Sequence record: DRR378314_729
Direction: 5' to 3' (one strand)
DNA length: 59,122 nucleotides
The position numbers and the translations under genes were made by a program. The notes under the pieces were generated by a model. The model did no database searches, was not told where the DNA came from, and saw only the letters and a program-made list of their open reading frames with translations. This document shows positions 1 through 9,562 of the stretch, in pieces. The first letter of the stretch is position 1; each line of letters opens with the position of its first letter.

Positions 1-30
1 TCTGGCTCTGGCTCTGGCTCTGGCTCTGGC
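1..30. repeat. Tandem 6-bp repeat (TCTGGC)x5, encoding (PE)n on the minus strand
   Basis: Directly visible; truncated by the window edge. Confidence 0.9.
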
Positions 31-206
31 GGGAGTATTATCGGCAACTCGACGATGTCCACCTCAAAAACTTCAGGCGGCGGCGCGGGTGGCAGTTTAT
101 GTCCAAAGGCAAGCGCGAACAGGAACAGCATCAGGCCATTGAGACCCAATGATCCCGCCACATAGGGCAGTCGTTCCCGTGCGAATTGTTTCCAGGCTCC
201 CCCCAT
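1..206 (-). CDS. Partial membrane-anchored proline-rich protein, TonB/TolA-like (runs off the window)
   Basis: Manual translation from ATG at 206: MGGAWKQFARERLPYVAGSLGLNGLMLFLFALAFGHKLPPAPPPEVFEVDIVELPIILPPEPEPEPEP. One TM helix followed by a PE repeat. Confidence 0.6.
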   Translation of the reverse strand, partial: MGGAWKQFARERLPYVAGSLGLNGLMLFLFALAFGHKLPPAPPPEVFEVDIVELPIILPPEPEPEPEP

Positions 207-274
207 GGGTGAAAGGCCTACCAGCCAGCCCTTCAGGGCCTCAGTTACTTTTCGTACAGCTTGCGCTGGCGCCC

Positions 275-1153
275 TTATAGCGCCAGCTCCAGCTTGCCGT
301 TCACCAGGGCTGTATAATCATTGACCAGAGTCTCGGAGATCTGGCCGGGTTTGAACACATGCTCGCCGATCTCTGCGACAGGCGTGATTTCCGCTGCGCT
401 GCCCGTGATGAAGCATTCGCTGAAGGTCGACAGCTCGTCCGGGAAGATGGCCCGTTCGATCACTTCGATACCGCGTTCCTTCGCCAGCTTGATCGTCGTC
501 TGACGGGTCAGGCCGTTCAGGAAGCAATCGGGTGTCGGTGTGTGCAAGGCGCCATCGCGGACGAAGAAGATGTTCGCGCCGGTCGCTTCGGCAATCTGCC
601 CGCGATAGTCCAGCATGAGGGCGTCGGCGTAGCCATCTCGCTCAGCGGCGTGCTTGGACAGGGTGCAGATCATGTAGAGGCCCGCAGCCTTTGCGTGGCA
701 TGGCGCGGTTTCCGGCGCCGGTCGACGCCATTTGGCGTGCGTCAGACGAATACCTTTCATCTTGTCCGCAAAGTAATCGCCCCAATGCCAGACGGCGACC
801 GCCAGATGAATCGTGTTGTTCTGAGCCGAAACGCCCATCATTTCAGACCCGCGCCAGGCAACAGCGCGGACATAGGCGCTTTCCAGACCGGATTTCGCCA
901 ACGCTTCGGTTTTGGCCTGCTCCAGCTGTTCAACCGAGAACGGGATTTCGAACCCCATGATCTCAGCGGAATTGTGAAGACGTTTGGAATGGTCGAGGGA
1001 GCGGAAGATCTTGCCGCCATAGGCGCGCTCGCCTTCGAATACAGAAGAGGCATAGTGCAGGGCGTGGGTCAGCACATGAACTTTCGTGTCCCGCCACGGC
1101 ACGAATTCGCCATCCATCCAGATATAACCGTCGCGATCGTCATATGCAGACAT
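275..1153 (-). CDS. ilvE: Branched-chain amino acid aminotransferase
   Basis: HALHYASSVFEG, AKAAGLY (PLP Lys), EATGANIF, LNGLTR, TGSAAEITPV; class IV PLP enzyme. Confidence 0.95.
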   Translation of the reverse strand: MSAYDDRDGYIWMDGEFVPWRDTKVHVLTHALHYASSVFEGERAYGGKIFRSLDHSKRLHNSAEIMGFEIPFSVEQLEQAKTEALAKSGLESAYVRAVAWRGSEMMGVSAQNNTIHLAVAVWHWGDYFADKMKGIRLTHAKWRRPAPETAPCHAKAAGLYMICTLSKHAAERDGYADALMLDYRGQIAEATGANIFFVRDGALHTPTPDCFLNGLTRQTTIKLAKERGIEVIERAIFPDELSTFSECFITGSAAEITPVAEIGEHVFKPGQISETLVNDYTALVNGKLELAL

Positions 1154-1209
1154 AATAGTTCAGCGCTCCTCGCTTGCACTTATAGCATTTTTTGCGTTCA
1201 TTTCAGAAC

Positions 1210-1677
1210 ATGGCCCCTGACGTCAACCTGAATAGACCGTTCGATCCGCGCCTTTTCCTTATGGATCAGGAGCTTGACCGCGGCGTGGGACTCTTGCTGG
1301 CCGGCAGTGCGGAATTGATGAGAGCCGCAGAAGAGGCGCGACACAAGGCTGGGCTGAGCAAGCCAGAGCTGCAAATTCTCATGGCTATACGCTATACGCC
1401 CGGCCAGACGGTGGGCGATTTGCGGGACTCCCTGAGCATGACGGTGCCGACTTTCGCCCGTATCATTGGCGAACTCGACAAGCGCGGACTGATCGAACGC
1501 GAGCGAGAACAAGCCAGCGACAAGCGTCGCCGGACGCTCACCCTGTCAGACGTCGGCACCACGCTGACCACGCAGATCACCATTGTGTTGCGCGAACGAC
1601 TGCGACTGGCCTATCGCGCCGCAGGTCCGGATGCGGTTGAAGGTGCTCGCAAGGTTCTGGATTCGCTCACACGATGA
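1210..1677 (+). CDS. MarR family transcriptional regulator (PetP-like)
   Basis: Winged HTH with DKRRRTLTLS motif; ATGA overlap with the next gene; start moved to ATG 1210. Confidence 0.85.
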   Translation: MAPDVNLNRPFDPRLFLMDQELDRGVGLLLAGSAELMRAAEEARHKAGLSKPELQILMAIRYTPGQTVGDLRDSLSMTVPTFARIIGELDKRGLIEREREQASDKRRRTLTLSDVGTTLTTQITIVLRERLRLAYRAAGPDAVEGARKVLDSLTR

Positions 1678-2357
1678 CTCAAGATGTCGCCCATATTCTC
1701 GTTGTCGATGATGACGACCGGATTCGCGATCTGTTGAAGCGCTACCTGACGCGTGAAGGCTACCGCGTGACATCTGCGCCTGACGCTGCCGGCGCGCGCA
1801 AGATGATGGACGCGATGGAATTCGATCTTGCCGTGCTGGACATCATGATGCCGGGCGAAGATGGCCTCTCCCTGCTGAAATCCATGCGCGAAGGTCGCAA
1901 CCGCGAGACTCCGGTCATGCTGCTGACCGCGAAGGGAGAGGCCTCCAGCCGGATCGAAGGACTGAAGCATGGCGCCGATGATTATCTGGCCAAACCCTTC
2001 GAACCCGAGGAATTATCCCTGCGCTGTGCAGCCATCCTGCGCCGCTCCCACAAGGCAGAGCCCCCTGCCGAGGTCGAAATGTCAGGCCTGATCTTCAATG
2101 CAGAGCGCGGCGAACTGAAGGAAGGCGACAAGCGTATCCGGCTGACGGAAGCCGAACTGCAATTGTTGACGGTGCTGGCCGGCAGCCCCGGCGAACCCGT
2201 CAGCCGCGAACAATTGGCCTCGCTGACCTCCGCCGGCATGGAACGCTCTGTCGATGTTCAGGTCACGCGCCTGCGCCGGAAGATCGAACCCAATCCCCGC
2301 GAACCGATACATTTGCAGACTGTGCGCGGTATCGGGTATCGCCTGATGCCGGACTGA
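1674..2357 (+). CDS. OmpR-family response regulator (PetR/OmpR-like)
   Basis: REC domain (VVDDD, LDIMMPG, KPF) plus wHTH (RSVDVQVTRLRRKIE, TVRGIGY). Confidence 0.93.
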   Translation: MTQDVAHILVVDDDDRIRDLLKRYLTREGYRVTSAPDAAGARKMMDAMEFDLAVLDIMMPGEDGLSLLKSMREGRNRETPVMLLTAKGEASSRIEGLKHGADDYLAKPFEPEELSLRCAAILRRSHKAEPPAEVEMSGLIFNAERGELKEGDKRIRLTEAELQLLTVLAGSPGEPVSREQLASLTSAGMERSVDVQVTRLRRKIEPNPREPIHLQTVRGIGYRLMPD

Positions 2358-2358
2358 G

Positions 2359-3657
2359 ATGATGTTTCGCCTGAGGGATATCACACCGCGCGGTTTGTAT
2401 GCCCGCAGCATGCTGATGGTCATTACGCCTGTCGTGCTGATCCTGTCACTGATGACCTGGTATTATTACGACAGCCACATTGCCGAGGTGAACCGCAAGC
2501 TGGCCCAGTCTATCGCGCGGGATGCCAGCCTGATTCAGGCCTATTGTGATCGCCGCGAAGACTCGCCTTCGGTTCATCGCACCATTGATGAACGGCTGGA
2601 CCTGACCTTTACCTGCAGAAGCCCGGAACAGGCGCTGGCATCATCCAGCTATTTGGACCGGTTTGCCTATAGCAGCACGCTGGACAATGAGCTGGAGACG
2701 CGGCTGGGCGTGCCGGTGGAGACGGCGCTCAATCCACGAGACTCCATGCTGCACCTGCGTTTCGCGTCCGGGCCGCGCACAGTGGAGATCATTGTCGAGC
2801 GAAAGCGCGTATTCGTCGCCAATGCACACATCTTCATTGTCTGGGTGATCCTGTTCTCCCTGTTCATGATTGCGCTGGCGATTGCGTTCCTGAACCAGCA
2901 GGTCCGGTCCATCCTGCGCCTGTCGAAAGCCGCGCGCGCGTTTGGCCGGGGGCGCGACGCACCCGACTTCCGGCCTTCGGGGGCGAATGAAGTGCGCGAA
3001 GCGGCGCGCGCCGTAATCGACATGAAGAACCGACTGACCGCTTTTACCGAACAGCGCACGGCAATGCTGGCGGGCGTCAGCCATGATTTGCGCACCCCCC
3101 TCACCCGGTTGAAACTGGCCCTTGCCATGATGGAGGAGACTGACGACATCAGGGCGGCGCGCTCGGACCTCGATGACATGTCGATGATGCTGGACGAATA
3201 CCTGACCTTCGCGCGCGGCGAGGAAGGCGACGAGGCAAGCGATCTCGACTTGTCCGAGCTGGTGCGGGAGGCCGCCGCTGGCTTTGGACCGCATATCATT
3301 GTGAACGGTCCGGAAGAGATTGCAGTCAATGGACGCCCGCTCGCCATCAAGCGGGCGGTCAGCAATCTGATCTCGAACGCCATGAAATTTGCCACCGATG
3401 TGCAGATCACACTTGTGGACGGTCCGCATGCGGCTGATATACATGTCGACGACAATGGACCGGGCATACCGCCAGAGCGCCGGGAGGACGCTTTCAGGCC
3501 GTTCATGCGGCTGGACGAGGCCCGAACCCAGAACACGCCGGGCACAGGGCTCGGCCTGACACTCGCCCGGGATACGGCGCGCGCACATGGCGGTGACCTC
3601 CGCCTCAGCGACAGCCCCCTTGGCGGCCTCAGGGCCAGCCTGCGCCTGCCGCATTGA
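2359..3657 (+). CDS. EnvZ-like membrane sensor histidine kinase
   Basis: Two TM segments, HAMP, H-box VSHDLRTPLTRL, NLISNA, DDNGPG, GTGLGL. Confidence 0.93.
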   Translation: MMFRLRDITPRGLYARSMLMVITPVVLILSLMTWYYYDSHIAEVNRKLAQSIARDASLIQAYCDRREDSPSVHRTIDERLDLTFTCRSPEQALASSSYLDRFAYSSTLDNELETRLGVPVETALNPRDSMLHLRFASGPRTVEIIVERKRVFVANAHIFIVWVILFSLFMIALAIAFLNQQVRSILRLSKAARAFGRGRDAPDFRPSGANEVREAARAVIDMKNRLTAFTEQRTAMLAGVSHDLRTPLTRLKLALAMMEETDDIRAARSDLDDMSMMLDEYLTFARGEEGDEASDLDLSELVREAAAGFGPHIIVNGPEEIAVNGRPLAIKRAVSNLISNAMKFATDVQITLVDGPHAADIHVDDNGPGIPPERREDAFRPFMRLDEARTQNTPGTGLGLTLARDTARAHGGDLRLSDSPLGGLRASLRLPH

Positions 3658-3687
3658 ACCATATCCCTCCAGAGGCATTTCTTCGCC

Positions 3688-5235
3688 ATGAGCAATAGCA
3701 AAGCCAAGCTGATCATCCGCAATGCGACGCCGGATGACATTCCGGGCCTGCAGGCCCTTTCCGCAAAAGTCTATGGGGAGGGCGAGGAGTATTCCCGCGA
3801 CCACCTCATGGCGCAAATCAACCGTTTTCCCGACGGCCAGTTCGTAGCCGAGTATGAAGGCACGATTGTCGGCCATTGCGCGACCTTCATGATCGCCTCC
3901 GAGCACGCCTTCGGGCCACACACCTGGATGCAGATCACCGGCGGCGGCTATGCTGCGCGGCATGATCCTGAAGGGGATGTGCTCTACGGCATGGATGTGG
4001 CGGTCGACCCCAACTATCGCCGCCTGCGCATTGGGCAGCGCTTCTACAAGGCACGCCGCGAATTGTGTCAGTGGCTGGAGCTGAAAGGTATTGTCTTCGC
4101 TGGCCGCATGCCCGGCTATGCGCGCAAGGCGAAGCAGTATCCCAGACCGGAAGACTATGTGAAGGCCGTGCGGGAGTCCAAACTGCGCGATCCGGTCATC
4201 ACCTTCCAGCTGAACCAGGGATACGAGCCGCTCGGCGTGTTGCGCCACTATTTGCCGGAAGACACGGATTCCATGGGACATGCCACGCACATGTTCTGGG
4301 AGAACCCGCTGGCGCAGGAGAAGATCCAGACCAATACGAGTTTTGGCGACACATCTCTGCCCGAAAGCGTCCGTATCGCGACCGTGCAATGGCAGATGCG
4401 CCGCATCACCTCCATCGACGAGTTCGAAAGCCAGTTGGAATACTGGGTGGACATCGCGTCTGATTACAAAAGCGATTTCGTCGTGTTCCCGGAAATGGTG
4501 ACGTTGCAATTGCTGTCGCTTGCTGAACGCCCGCTGGGGCCCATCGACGCCATCGCTCAGATATCGGAATACACGCCGCGCTTTGTTGAATTCATGGAGA
4601 AGCTGGCTGTCTCCTACAATATCAACATTATCGGCGGCACCCATCCGAGCCAGATGGAGAACGGCGAGATACTCAACGTGGCGCATGTCTTCCTGCGCGA
4701 TGGATCCGTTCACACTCAACAGAAGTTGCACCCCACCCCGTCGGAACGCCATTGGTGGAACATCCAGGGCGGACGCGGCAATTCCGTCATCCAGACAGAC
4801 TGCGGCCCAATCGGCGTGATGATCTGCTATGACAGCGAGTTCCCCGAAATTGCGCGTCACCTGGTCGACCAGGGCGCGCTGATGTTGTTCGTGCCCTTCT
4901 GCACGGACGAGCGCCGCGGCTATATGCGTGTACGGTATTGCTGTCAGGCGCGGGCCGTCGAGAATCAGTGCTATGTCACCATGTCGGGCGTCGTCGGCAA
5001 TCTGCCAAACGTCGAGAACATGGATATTCATTATGCGGAGAGCTGCATTCTGACACCATCTGACTTCCCGTTCTCGCGCGACGGCGTGGCGGCAGACACT
5101 GCGCCAAACACCGAAACGATTGCGCTGGCAGATCTGTCGATTTCCGACCTGCTGACGGCGCGCCAGTCGGGTGCGGTGCAGAATTTGAAAGATCGACGGC
5201 TCGACCTGTATCAGGTGGCCTGGAAGAAGAACTAG
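3688..5235 (+). CDS. GNAT acetyltransferase / carbon-nitrogen hydrolase fusion (YhcX-like)
   Basis: N-terminal GNAT (VAVDPNYRRLRIG); C-terminal nitrilase fold with E (FPE), K (QKLH) and C (ICYD). Confidence 0.9.
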   Translation: MSNSKAKLIIRNATPDDIPGLQALSAKVYGEGEEYSRDHLMAQINRFPDGQFVAEYEGTIVGHCATFMIASEHAFGPHTWMQITGGGYAARHDPEGDVLYGMDVAVDPNYRRLRIGQRFYKARRELCQWLELKGIVFAGRMPGYARKAKQYPRPEDYVKAVRESKLRDPVITFQLNQGYEPLGVLRHYLPEDTDSMGHATHMFWENPLAQEKIQTNTSFGDTSLPESVRIATVQWQMRRITSIDEFESQLEYWVDIASDYKSDFVVFPEMVTLQLLSLAERPLGPIDAIAQISEYTPRFVEFMEKLAVSYNINIIGGTHPSQMENGEILNVAHVFLRDGSVHTQQKLHPTPSERHWWNIQGGRGNSVIQTDCGPIGVMICYDSEFPEIARHLVDQGALMLFVPFCTDERRGYMRVRYCCQARAVENQCYVTMSGVVGNLPNVENMDIHYAESCILTPSDFPFSRDGVAADTAPNTETIALADLSISDLLTARQSGAVQNLKDRRLDLYQVAWKKN

Positions 5236-5921
5236 GCCTCTTCGATCAGTTGCGGCCCCTGATTGCGGACATTGCCGACTGCCGGATTGACCGGCCATGC
5301 GTGCATGTCCGCCGTCGGGAATGGTTCGTAGAGATACTCGACCTTGCGATTGTCCGCGTCCAGCCATGTCCGATAGTCTGACGGATGGAGGATCACCGGC
5401 ATACGCGTGTGCAGCCCTGCCATGAGGTCATTTGGCTTTGTAGTCAGGATGGTGAATGTGTCGATCTCCGATCCGTCGATCATGGCCCGGTCCCACAATC
5501 CGGCAAAACAGAACCAGCGACGATTGCGCAGCCCGATCGCATAAGGTTGTTTCTTCCCTTTTGGCCCCGTCCATTCGTAAAAGCCGCTCGCCGGAATCAG
5601 GCAGCGATGATGCCGGAACGGGCCACGAAATGTGTTGGAAGCTTCCAACCCTTCGCTGCGCGCATTGAAGGTGGAGAATTTCTTTTCACTGAGTGGTTTC
5701 TTCCACCAGCTGGGCACAAGCCCCCACATGGCTGGCGCCATCTGGATCGCATGGCGGGGAACATCCTCCCCTTCCGGGGCCATGCGTATGATGGGGGCAT
5801 ATTGTGTGGGCGCGATATTGTAGGCCGGCTCTGGCGGCTGAATGCCATTTGGATGGATCAGGTTCAGCGCGTTGTGGTATTCCTCCCACGAAACCCCATG
5901 ACGGAAAAAGCGACCACACAT
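5232..5921 (-). CDS. SOS response-associated peptidase (SRAP/HMCES/YedK) family
   Basis: N-terminal MCGRF (catalytic Cys2), YNIAPT, FNARSE, GFYEW, HTRMPVIL. Confidence 0.93.
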   Translation of the reverse strand: MCGRFFRHGVSWEEYHNALNLIHPNGIQPPEPAYNIAPTQYAPIIRMAPEGEDVPRHAIQMAPAMWGLVPSWWKKPLSEKKFSTFNARSEGLEASNTFRGPFRHHRCLIPASGFYEWTGPKGKKQPYAIGLRNRRWFCFAGLWDRAMIDGSEIDTFTILTTKPNDLMAGLHTRMPVILHPSDYRTWLDADNRKVEYLYEPFPTADMHAWPVNPAVGNVRNQGPQLIEEA

Positions 5922-5923
5922 GG

Positions 5924-6826
5924 CTAAGGCCGGAACACAGCAGTGTTGTCGCGCCCGAGATCGTAGGCGACGTGGTGTTTCAGTTTCTCGGTCAACTCGT
6001 TCACGTCGCCCTGCAATTGATCCGGCTGAATCATCTGGCCGAATGTCATCCGTACATTGGCGCCGCGCTTGTTCAGCAATTCGTGGAACAGGGTTATGTC
6101 ACGCAATTCGCCATTCAGCTCGCTGAAAAAGTAGAACAGCCAGGAATTCCACGCATCGAGATTGAGCGGCAGGATTGGTGCGTTCTGCTTGCGGGCGAGC
6201 CCGACCACGGTGGAAAACCACTCCTTCTCGACGAGTCGGCCATCCTCCTTCTTCGCCAGACGGCCTGACGGAAAGATCACCACACACTTCTCCTCGGAGA
6301 ATGCTTGCCCCGCCCGCTTCAGGGTCTCGCGTGTCTTGGCCGGGGTGCGCTTTTCCGCGACCCACTCCACCGGGATGATGACATCCTGGAAACGCGGATT
6401 GACCCGGATGGCATCTGCATTTGCGAAGAAGATGATGTCCTGACGGATCTGTTTGAGCAAATCCCACACGGCCACCCCATCGGCCAGACCGGTTGGATGA
6501 TTGGCCGCGATAATAACGCGCCCAGATTCAGGTAGACGCTCCAGCCCCTCAATGTCGAGCGAGAAGTCGAGCTGCGCTGACAGATGATCGAATGAGTCCC
6601 GACCATTGAGCTGCATGATCGTATCCGCCATCTCGCGCGCGCGACTGTATCCCAGCATCTTGTAAAGAACGGGGCGGACAAGCGGCCAGCTCCAGCTTGA
6701 GCGGAGTTGCGGGCAGCGTTCCTCGATCAACGTATCGACGATATGCTGGTCATTATTTTTTTCTGCGTCCAGAAACGCAGACGCCCGCAAGGCAGGTGTT
6801 TTCGCTGTCAGGCTCTCGTCACTCAT
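5924..6826 (-). CDS. Lysophospholipid/glycerol acyltransferase family protein
   Basis: ANHPTGLADG and VIFPSG acyltransferase motifs; start moved to ATG 6826. Confidence 0.85.
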   Translation of the reverse strand: MSDESLTAKTPALRASAFLDAEKNNDQHIVDTLIEERCPQLRSSWSWPLVRPVLYKMLGYSRAREMADTIMQLNGRDSFDHLSAQLDFSLDIEGLERLPESGRVIIAANHPTGLADGVAVWDLLKQIRQDIIFFANADAIRVNPRFQDVIIPVEWVAEKRTPAKTRETLKRAGQAFSEEKCVVIFPSGRLAKKEDGRLVEKEWFSTVVGLARKQNAPILPLNLDAWNSWLFYFFSELNGELRDITLFHELLNKRGANVRMTFGQMIQPDQLQGDVNELTEKLKHHVAYDLGRDNTAVFRP

Positions 6827-7067
6827 GGTGTCACGGCCACTCCAATCTCCCTTTAGATACATAGGGGTTCGGGCGATTCCCTGAAAGCGTGAAACGCATG
6901 AGACGGAGGCGGGAAGCTTACCGCTCAACTACCGCACTCTGTTGAAAAATAAACACTTCGGAAAGTTTCGCTTTACCAAGACGTAAGAGCCACGTGCCAT
7001 TGTGAACGCAACAGGGGGGTTGGCTTAAGCCTTTCCTTCGCGGGCAAATTAATCGGGATACGAGTAG

Positions 7068-7502
7068 ATGAAAGTTCTTTGGGTTGAAGATCACGAGCCA
7101 GTTCGAGACATGCTGGCAATTGCTGCGGACAAGGCAGCTCGTTCTCGTGTCCAGATCGACCTCGTCATGGCGCCAACCCTGATGCTTGCAGAGTCCCGCC
7201 TTCGCCTTGAACGCTTTGATCTTGTCGTGCTTGACCTTGGCCTGCCAGACTCCTTCGACCCTGACATGACGATCGCTCGTGTGGCCAATATGGGCAAATA
7301 CCGGATCGCTGTCGTGTCCTCCATGGATGTGCGTGACCAGGCCGTCGAGTCCGCGCTTCGCTGCGGCGCAAACATCCATCCCGAGGCGATCTTCAAGGCC
7401 AACCTGCCCTTCAACCGTTTCATCCAGCGCCCGGATGCCTTCGAAGACTTCCTGATGGACCTGATGCCAGCCGCCGAGACCGCCGCCGTCCGCGCCGCCT
7501 AA
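7068..7502 (+). CDS. Single-domain response regulator receiver
   Basis: LWVEDH, VVLDLGLPD (phosphoacceptor Asp), VVSS, conserved Lys; no output domain. Confidence 0.8.
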   Translation: MKVLWVEDHEPVRDMLAIAADKAARSRVQIDLVMAPTLMLAESRLRLERFDLVVLDLGLPDSFDPDMTIARVANMGKYRIAVVSSMDVRDQAVESALRCGANIHPEAIFKANLPFNRFIQRPDAFEDFLMDLMPAAETAAVRAA

Positions 7503-7540
7503 ATCTGTCGGGCGCTTGCGAAGCGCCCCTTCCCCTTGCT

Positions 7541-7571
7541 AAGCCGCTTGGACACGTCCGGGCGGCTTTTT
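7541..7571 (+). terminator. Rho-independent terminator
   Basis: AAGCCGCTTGGAC...CCGGGCGGCTTTTT hairpin with U-tract. Confidence 0.7.
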
Positions 7572-7602
7572 GCTGGCGGCATAACAGGAGAGCAGCCAGA
7601 CG

Positions 7603-8208
7603 ATGATGGAATTCCCGGTAACGATTAGCCTGATCGTGGCAAATGTGCTGGTCAGCCTGATCGGCCTCTCAAATCGCGACTTCTTCACTGACAACAGCTT
7701 CTGGATCGCCCCCATCCGGGACGGGCGGCAATGGTGGCGGTTCGTGACGTCAGCCTTTCTGCACGTGAACCTGACTCACCTGCTGATCAATATGTACGTT
7801 CTGTGGGAATTTGGCCGCGTGCTGGAGCGCAGCCTCGGCGCGACGACATTCCTGATCATCTATGGAGGCTCGCTGCTTGGCGGAAACTTGTGGGAGTATT
7901 TCGACAAGAAAGACCAGCCGGACTATCGCGCCGTTGGAGCGTCGGGCGCGACGTCCGGCGTCATCCTGTCGTTCAGCGTGCTCGCCCCTTTCGCATTGCT
8001 CGGCCTGTTCTTCATCATTCCGATGTGGGCAATCGTGGCCGCCGCCTTGTTCATCTCCGTCAGTTTCTTCCTGTCCCGCCGTCCGAACACGATGATTGCG
8101 CACGGCGCGCATTTGGGCGGCGCACTGGCCGGGGCTGCACTGACTTTCCTGCTGGTTCCGGGATCCTGGTCTCGCCTGATCACACAAGTGGCAGAAAGAC
8201 TGGGCTAA
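7603..8208 (+). CDS. Rhomboid intramembrane serine protease
   Basis: WWRFVTSAFLH, HLLINM, VGASGA (Ser), AHLGG (His); multiple TM segments. Confidence 0.93.
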   Translation: MMEFPVTISLIVANVLVSLIGLSNRDFFTDNSFWIAPIRDGRQWWRFVTSAFLHVNLTHLLINMYVLWEFGRVLERSLGATTFLIIYGGSLLGGNLWEYFDKKDQPDYRAVGASGATSGVILSFSVLAPFALLGLFFIIPMWAIVAAALFISVSFFLSRRPNTMIAHGAHLGGALAGAALTFLLVPGSWSRLITQVAERLG

Positions 8209-8358
8209 CCACCCAGCGGCCAGCACGGTGACGCAGTGCCATACTCTCTCAGCGGAACGCATTTCCAATAATCGAGTTGACTGTATAAGTTTCACCAGCA
8301 GCCTGAAGCCGTCTGGACGGTGCCGGGTAAGTTTCCACTCCTGCATGGGCGTCTCTGA

Positions 8359-9486
8359 ATGGGCTATGTGATTGAGCGCTACGAGGCGCGGATCAATGAC
8401 GGACAATTGATGCCGGACCCGGTGCAGGCCGAAGCCGCCGCGGCGCTGGATGATCTTGCCCATCGACTGGCGAACCGGAAGACCGGTGGGTGGTTTTCAA
8501 AGGCGGAGACCGTAACGGGCCTGTACATGTGGGGCGGCGTAGGGCGCGGCAAATCCATGCTGATGGATCTGTTCTTCGAGCATGCACCGGTCGAAGCCCG
8601 CCGCCGGGTTCACTTCCATGAGTTCATGGCCGAAGTTCATGACCGGCTGGATGCATGGCGCAAGCTTTCCGAAGATGAACGCAAGCGGTCCGAGTGGCGT
8701 GTGAAGGGAGCTGGCGACGACTCGATCGCGCCAGTGGCGAAACAGATCGCCTCCGAGGCGAACCTGCTCTGTTTCGATGAGTTCCAGGTAACCCAGATTG
8801 CTGACGCCATGGTGCTTGCCCGGTTGTTCGAGGCCCTCTTCGAGCGCCATGTCACCATCGTTGCAACATCAAACCGTCACCCCAACGATCTCTACAAGGA
8901 TGGCATCAACCGTCCCCTCTTCCTGCCCTTCATCGAGCACCTGAAGGCCAATTGCGACGTGATGGAACTGGCCTCCGAACGGGACTATCGACTGGACCGT
9001 CTGATTGAGGCGCCGGTCTGGTACGCGCCGCTGGGCGGAGAATCCGAGAGGGCTCTGGATCAGGCCTGGGACCGGCTGACCCTGGGCGCTGAGCCGCAGC
9101 ATTGTGTGCTGACGGTCAAGGGCCGCAAACTGGAGGTCCACCGCGAAGCTGCTGGCGTTGCGCGGTTCACGTTCGAGGAGCTTTGCGCCCGTCCGCTTGG
9201 GTCGCGGGACTATCTTGCCATTGCTGCGAATTTCAACACCGTCATTCTATCCGGCATTCCGACGCTCGGACCAGAAAACCGCAACGAGGCAGCCCGGTTC
9301 GTGTCGCTCATTGATGCGTTTTACGAGGCGAAGGTCAAACTCGTGGCCAGCGCCGCCGCTGAACCGGAAGAACTCTACCCCGAAGGCGACGGCAGCTTTG
9401 AATTCGAACGCACCGTCAGCCGACTTCATGAAATGCGGTCAACGGATTACTTGGCCGAAGAACGGATCGAGATCGAGGCGGAATAG
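8359..9486 (+). CDS. zapE: Cell division ATPase ZapE (AFG1 family)
   Basis: GLYMWGGVGRGKSMLMD Walker A, LCFDEFQV Walker B, TSNRHP, FERTVSRL. Confidence 0.92.
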   Translation: MGYVIERYEARINDGQLMPDPVQAEAAAALDDLAHRLANRKTGGWFSKAETVTGLYMWGGVGRGKSMLMDLFFEHAPVEARRRVHFHEFMAEVHDRLDAWRKLSEDERKRSEWRVKGAGDDSIAPVAKQIASEANLLCFDEFQVTQIADAMVLARLFEALFERHVTIVATSNRHPNDLYKDGINRPLFLPFIEHLKANCDVMELASERDYRLDRLIEAPVWYAPLGGESERALDQAWDRLTLGAEPQHCVLTVKGRKLEVHREAAGVARFTFEELCARPLGSRDYLAIAANFNTVILSGIPTLGPENRNEAARFVSLIDAFYEAKVKLVASAAAEPEELYPEGDGSFEFERTVSRLHEMRSTDYLAEERIEIEAE

Positions 9487-9562
9487 AACCAGCGGAGAGC
9501 TGGATACCTCGCCTTTCAACGCCCCATATATGATGCCCGTTGAAACGGATGGCTGAAGCCTG

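Noticed and set aside
1-30. Hexamer repeat as a phase-variation or CRISPR-like element
   Set aside because: In-frame 6-bp unit encoding a PE linker; no spacers or cas genes.
2641-5367. 908-aa minus-strand ORF
   Set aside because: Antisense shadow of the kinase and GNAT-nitrilase genes. No motifs; expected from GC-rich codon bias.
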